Assembly (NCBI GenBank): GCA_037380845.1
Contig: JARRRI010000059.1
Span: forward strand, 6,246-17,103
Length of the DNA stretch: 10,858 bases
DNA from: Candidatus Sulfobium sp.
GTDB taxonomy: Bacteria; Nitrospirota; Thermodesulfovibrionia; Thermodesulfovibrionales; UBA6898
Direction: 5' to 3'
The translations under genes were made by a program, and so were the position numbers. Each line of letters opens with the position of its first letter. Positions within the stretch are counted from its first letter, which is position 1. Of the stretch, positions 7,730 through 10,858 are shown piece after piece. Below the pieces are notes generated by a model that made no database searches, had not been told where the DNA came from, and saw only the letters and a program-made list of their open reading frames with translations.

Positions 7730-8048
7730 GGACTGCGTGGTGGTAATGATCACCGCTTCGGGGGAAGAAGAGGCCGCAAGGATCGGAAGGGAACTTGTGG
7801 AGGCCAGGCTTGCCGCCTGCGTGAACATAATACCCTCCGTAAGGTCCCTCTACCGGTGGGAGGGGAGCCTACAGGACGACCGTGAGGTCATCATGATCGT
7901 AAAATCAAGGAAAGGCCTGTTCGACCCCCTGAAGGAGAAGGTGAAGGAGCTTCACAGTTACGAGGTGCCCGAGATACTGGCGCTGCCTGTGGTGAAGGGA
8001 CTCGACGAGTATCTCTCCTGGATGGCGGAAGAGACACGGCAGGGCTGA
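7719..8048 (+). CDS. cutA: Divalent-cation tolerance protein CutA
   Basis: LVEARLAACVN, SLYRWEG and HSYEVPEI motifs. The GTG start overlaps the aminopeptidase 3' end. Confidence 0.95.
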   Translation: MNAEDCVVVMITASGEEEAARIGRELVEARLAACVNIIPSVRSLYRWEGSLQDDREVIMIVKSRKGLFDPLKEKVKELHSYEVPEILALPVVKGLDEYLSWMAEETRQG

Positions 8049-8393
8049 TCAGCAGGTAAGGTGAAAGGCCCCCACGGTTTTCCCCTTTTTCGACTCCTCG
8101 TTAAAGATTTCTACCGCCTTTGCAGTTTTTTCGACTATGACTCTGATCCCCTTTGAGTCGAGGAAGGCGATAGTGCCCTCCGGTACCTTCATGGCCCCGG
8201 AGTTCCCCGTGCCGATAACGAGAATGTCGGGACCAAAGGCGATTATATCCCGCAGGTCCTCCTCCTGGAGGTAATGCCCTTCTTTCCTCCACCACGAGGC
8301 ATCGACCCTGTCCGGATAAACGATCACATCCGAAGTGTAGGTCTTGCCGTCTATAACTATCCTGCCGAAGCTGTAGTCATCTACTATATGCAT
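8049..8393 (-). CDS. Mth938-like (DUF498) domain protein
   Basis: YSFGRIVIDG, WWRKEGH, LVIGTG and terminal FHLTC motifs. AAGGA RBS upstream. Confidence 0.92.
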   Translation of the reverse strand: MHIVDDYSFGRIVIDGKTYTSDVIVYPDRVDASWWRKEGHYLQEEDLRDIIAFGPDILVIGTGNSGAMKVPEGTIAFLDSKGIRVIVEKTAKAVEIFNEESKKGKTVGAFHLTC

Positions 8394-8443
8394 ATGCGAT
8401 TCCTTGGTGATCCCCGAGATACTTCATCCCGATGCTTTCTCAA

Positions 8444-8473
8444 ATTATACTTCCTTTTAAGGTCTTAAGCACA
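8444..8473 (-). promoter_or_regulatory. Possible promoter of the Mth938-like gene
   Basis: Perfect TATAAT at 8449-8444 on the minus strand, about 50 nt upstream of the ATG. The -35 is weak (TTGTGC at 19-nt spacing). Confidence 0.35.
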
Positions 8474-8564
8474 ACCGGATTCGGCATTCTCACGAATGGA
8501 TCTGACGATACGGAGGCAGGGAAATAAGAGAAAGGCCTGCAAGGAAAGATGGCGAAACCATTCA

Positions 8565-9680
8565 TCAGAGGGGCTTTTCGTAGACCCGGTATTTTTTATA
8601 CAGTCTTCCGCCGAACAACTCGATGGTGCGTTGCACCGGGATGTTGTCCTCCAGTATCCAGGAAAACTCAATACGCTCATATCCTCCTTTTTTAATGGCA
8701 GGCCATGCCCTCTTGTAAAGGACCCCCTCCACACCCTTGTTGCGGAATTCCTTCTTGACTCCCAGGAGCATGATCCTCAGGCCTCTTATCTTCCTGGAGT
8801 AGTAAAGGGCCTTCACAATAGTCACAGGGTTGAGCTTGCCTTTCATATGCTTAAGCACAAAATTAAAATCCGGAACAAGGCCGAAAAAACCTATGGGCTC
8901 GCCGTCTTTCTCCGCAATCAGGGCCAGTTCGGGCACGATTATCTGTTTCAGGCGTTCAGCGCTGTATCTGAGCTCTTCTTCCGTCATCGGAATAAACCCC
9001 CAGTTGTCGCCCCAGGCCGAGTGATAGACCTCCCTGAAAACCATCATGTCTTCCACAAAACGCTTCATATTGACCGGTCTGGACGTTATCCCCCTCTTTT
9101 CCGCGATCAGGGCGCCCCTGTAAACCTTCTCCGGCATATCGTCCTGAACATCGTAAATATACGCAAAAAGGTCCTTTGCTTTTTTCAGACCATATTTCTC
9201 CGCCAGTTCGTTGTAATAAGGATAGTTGTAAGGCATCATCAAAAACGGGGACTCGTCGAAGCCTTCCAGCAGAAAACCGCATTCCTCGTTTGTGGAGAAG
9301 TTCATGGGACCGGCGAGAGACTTCATCCCTTTTTCCCGAAGAAACGCCGATGCCCGCTCAAGGAGGACATTCGAGACCGACGGATCGTTTACAGAATCGA
9401 AAAAACCGAAAAATCCCCTCTTGTCATTATGAAGGTCATTGTGGCTTCTGTTGACGAAGGCAGCAATCCTGCCGGCTGTCCTGCCGTTCTTTCGCGCCAG
9501 AAAGTACCCGACGTCGGCATGCCGGAAAAAAGGGTTCTTATGCGAGAAATGTATGCGCATTTCCCTGTTGAGCTGGGGCACGAAGAAAGGATCTTTCGAG
9601 TAGAGATCCAGAGGGAAACGTATGAAGTCATCGATCCTGCGGGCCTCAAAGACCTCTACCGCTGTTGTTTCTTTAGACAT
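8565..9680 (-). CDS. GNAT-fold N-acyltransferase, YghO / bacterial ceramide synthase (bCerS)-like family
   Basis: 371 aa with GRIAA, GFFGFF, GPMNFSTNEECG.L.EGF, MMPYN.PYY, WGFIP, LGVKKEFRNKG (acyl-CoA-binding-like) and SWILEDN motifs. Confidence 0.85.
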   Translation of the reverse strand: MSKETTAVEVFEARRIDDFIRFPLDLYSKDPFFVPQLNREMRIHFSHKNPFFRHADVGYFLARKNGRTAGRIAAFVNRSHNDLHNDKRGFFGFFDSVNDPSVSNVLLERASAFLREKGMKSLAGPMNFSTNEECGFLLEGFDESPFLMMPYNYPYYNELAEKYGLKKAKDLFAYIYDVQDDMPEKVYRGALIAEKRGITSRPVNMKRFVEDMMVFREVYHSAWGDNWGFIPMTEEELRYSAERLKQIIVPELALIAEKDGEPIGFFGLVPDFNFVLKHMKGKLNPVTIVKALYYSRKIRGLRIMLLGVKKEFRNKGVEGVLYKRAWPAIKKGGYERIEFSWILEDNIPVQRTIELFGGRLYKKYRVYEKPL

Positions 9681-10176
9681 GAAGCACCCCTTGTGTCTTT
9701 GGTTGTATGAGCTATATGATATTAAATTTTTATCGCCCCGATGTGCAATTTTTTTGGTTGTTTACTCCAGCGGTGATATTGAGTCCGGAATCTTTCCCAC
9801 ACAAAGACCCGTCTGAATCCTGTGAGATCCGGCCGGGGAAATGGGAAAAATGAATGAGGGCTGCAAAGTCCCATGGGATTCTCGGATCTGCTCTGTCAGG
9901 CGATAAGCACTTGAGAAGATGTCTCTGGTGTTTGTTATCAGCCAGACATCACGCCGCCACATCCTCACAGAAGCCAACGCGAGTTTCGATCCGCGATAAC
10001 AGCGGAGTTTGCCCCGCAGCATGTGCGATTAGACATTTGAGGATGATCTATCCGAGACACCGGAGATCTTTGGTCCTCATATTTTATGTGTGAATTGCCG
10101 GTTGAAACGTTTGCTATAGATCAAAATACTCTCAGTGATCCCGTCGCCCTCCAGGACCGGAAATGAACTCAGTTGC

Positions 10177-10854
10177 TCACTCATTACCAGTCGGCAATCT
10201 TTCCAGGAATCTGCTAACTCTTAACTTATCCTCTTCTCCCATTTCCAGGAACTCCACTCCTACCCAGTATCCTTGCGGTATTTCCTCAGTCGGCTCGATA
10301 CAGTAGGCAACTTTGCCTTCACCGTGGACGGGGTTCTCGTTTCCCGCAAGGACAAGATCAAAGGAGCAGGCAGTTTCCACGGAAGGTTTCTGACCCATCA
10401 CTATTTGCATACCACCAATGCTCAGATCCTTGACCACACAATCTTCCTTGAAACTAAGAAGTGTACTTTCAGGTGTATGGAATTTTAATCTCACACCGGC
10501 CACCCTGCGCTCTTTCAGTTTATCGACCAGGAACTGTCTAAGCTCTAAAGCCGCATCAGTGACAACATCCGTGAATTTAATGCCTGCTGTATACACTGGC
10601 ATCACTTCCTCTTCCGAAATCTTTTTGGTACCACTCAATTTTTCCCACACAATGACACCTTTTACTGACACAAACCGTCCCTTCAGATCAAATTTAAAGA
10701 CATATTCTCCCCCCATATGGAATCTTCTTGAGCTTCTAATGGAGGCTCCGCCAATACTTATGTCAAGAAGTTTTACTGACTCATGAAATAAAGTCTTTAC
10801 AGTGACACCCATGCCAACAACAACAGACCTCGGGTATTTTCTTATCCCCGGCAT
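10177..10854 (-). CDS. Tandem PilZ-domain protein (putative c-di-GMP receptor)
   Basis: Domain 1: RKYPR, DISIGG, G.IVW, YTAGIKF. Domain 2: ERRVAGVR, DLSIGG, GKVAY, YWVGVEF. The frame stays open to the window edge, so the true start may lie further upstream. Confidence 0.88.
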   Translation of the reverse strand: MPGIRKYPRSVVVGMGVTVKTLFHESVKLLDISIGGASIRSSRRFHMGGEYVFKFDLKGRFVSVKGVIVWEKLSGTKKISEEEVMPVYTAGIKFTDVVTDAALELRQFLVDKLKERRVAGVRLKFHTPESTLLSFKEDCVVKDLSIGGMQIVMGQKPSVETACSFDLVLAGNENPVHGEGKVAYCIEPTEEIPQGYWVGVEFLEMGEEDKLRVSRFLERLPTGNE

Positions 10855-10858
10855 ATCT

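Noticed and set aside
6552..8524. 12-bp inverted match TTTCCCTGCCTC (6552-6563) / GAGGCAGGGAAA (8513-8524)
   Set aside because: Short, and it encloses housekeeping genes with no transposase or target duplication. Compatible with chance.
8496..9710. 404-aa plus-strand ORF
   Set aside because: Antisense shadow of the well-supported GNAT gene, with no recognisable motifs.
4679..9905. Recurrent GGCGATA heptamer in several intergenic regions
   Set aside because: It also occurs inside coding sequence (e.g. near 3753 and 8166) and is too short to support an operator call.
9762..10093. ORFs 9762-10022 (-) and 9854-10093 (+)
   Set aside because: No recognisable domain, no convincing RBS, and atypical composition.

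Overview
Bacterial chromosomal window, mostly housekeeping genes, at roughly 55% GC. The gene set and the tandem-PilZ protein suggest an anaerobe of Nitrospirota or deltaproteobacterial type (inference only). Gene order: 3' end of tyrS (+), an MgtC/SapB-family gene (+), then a minus-strand block with a Nudix hydrolase, a small His-motif protein and an ECF-type Ni/Co transporter (NikM/CbiM, PDGLE-type NikN, Q, O). These are followed by a divergent purF (+), an M29-family aminopeptidase and cutA (+), then a Mth938/DUF498 protein, a YghO/bCerS-like GNAT protein and a low-GC tandem-PilZ protein (all -). The most interesting signal is a ~90-nt leader before nikM/cbiM. It contains a terminator hairpin with a U-tract and a mutually exclusive alternative fold, and by eye it does not resemble the cobalamin or NiCo riboswitches, so it is a candidate uncharacterised metal-responsive attenuator. 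There is also a ~164-bp MITE-like inverted-repeat element downstream of purF. No rRNA, tRNA, CRISPR array or transposase was seen.
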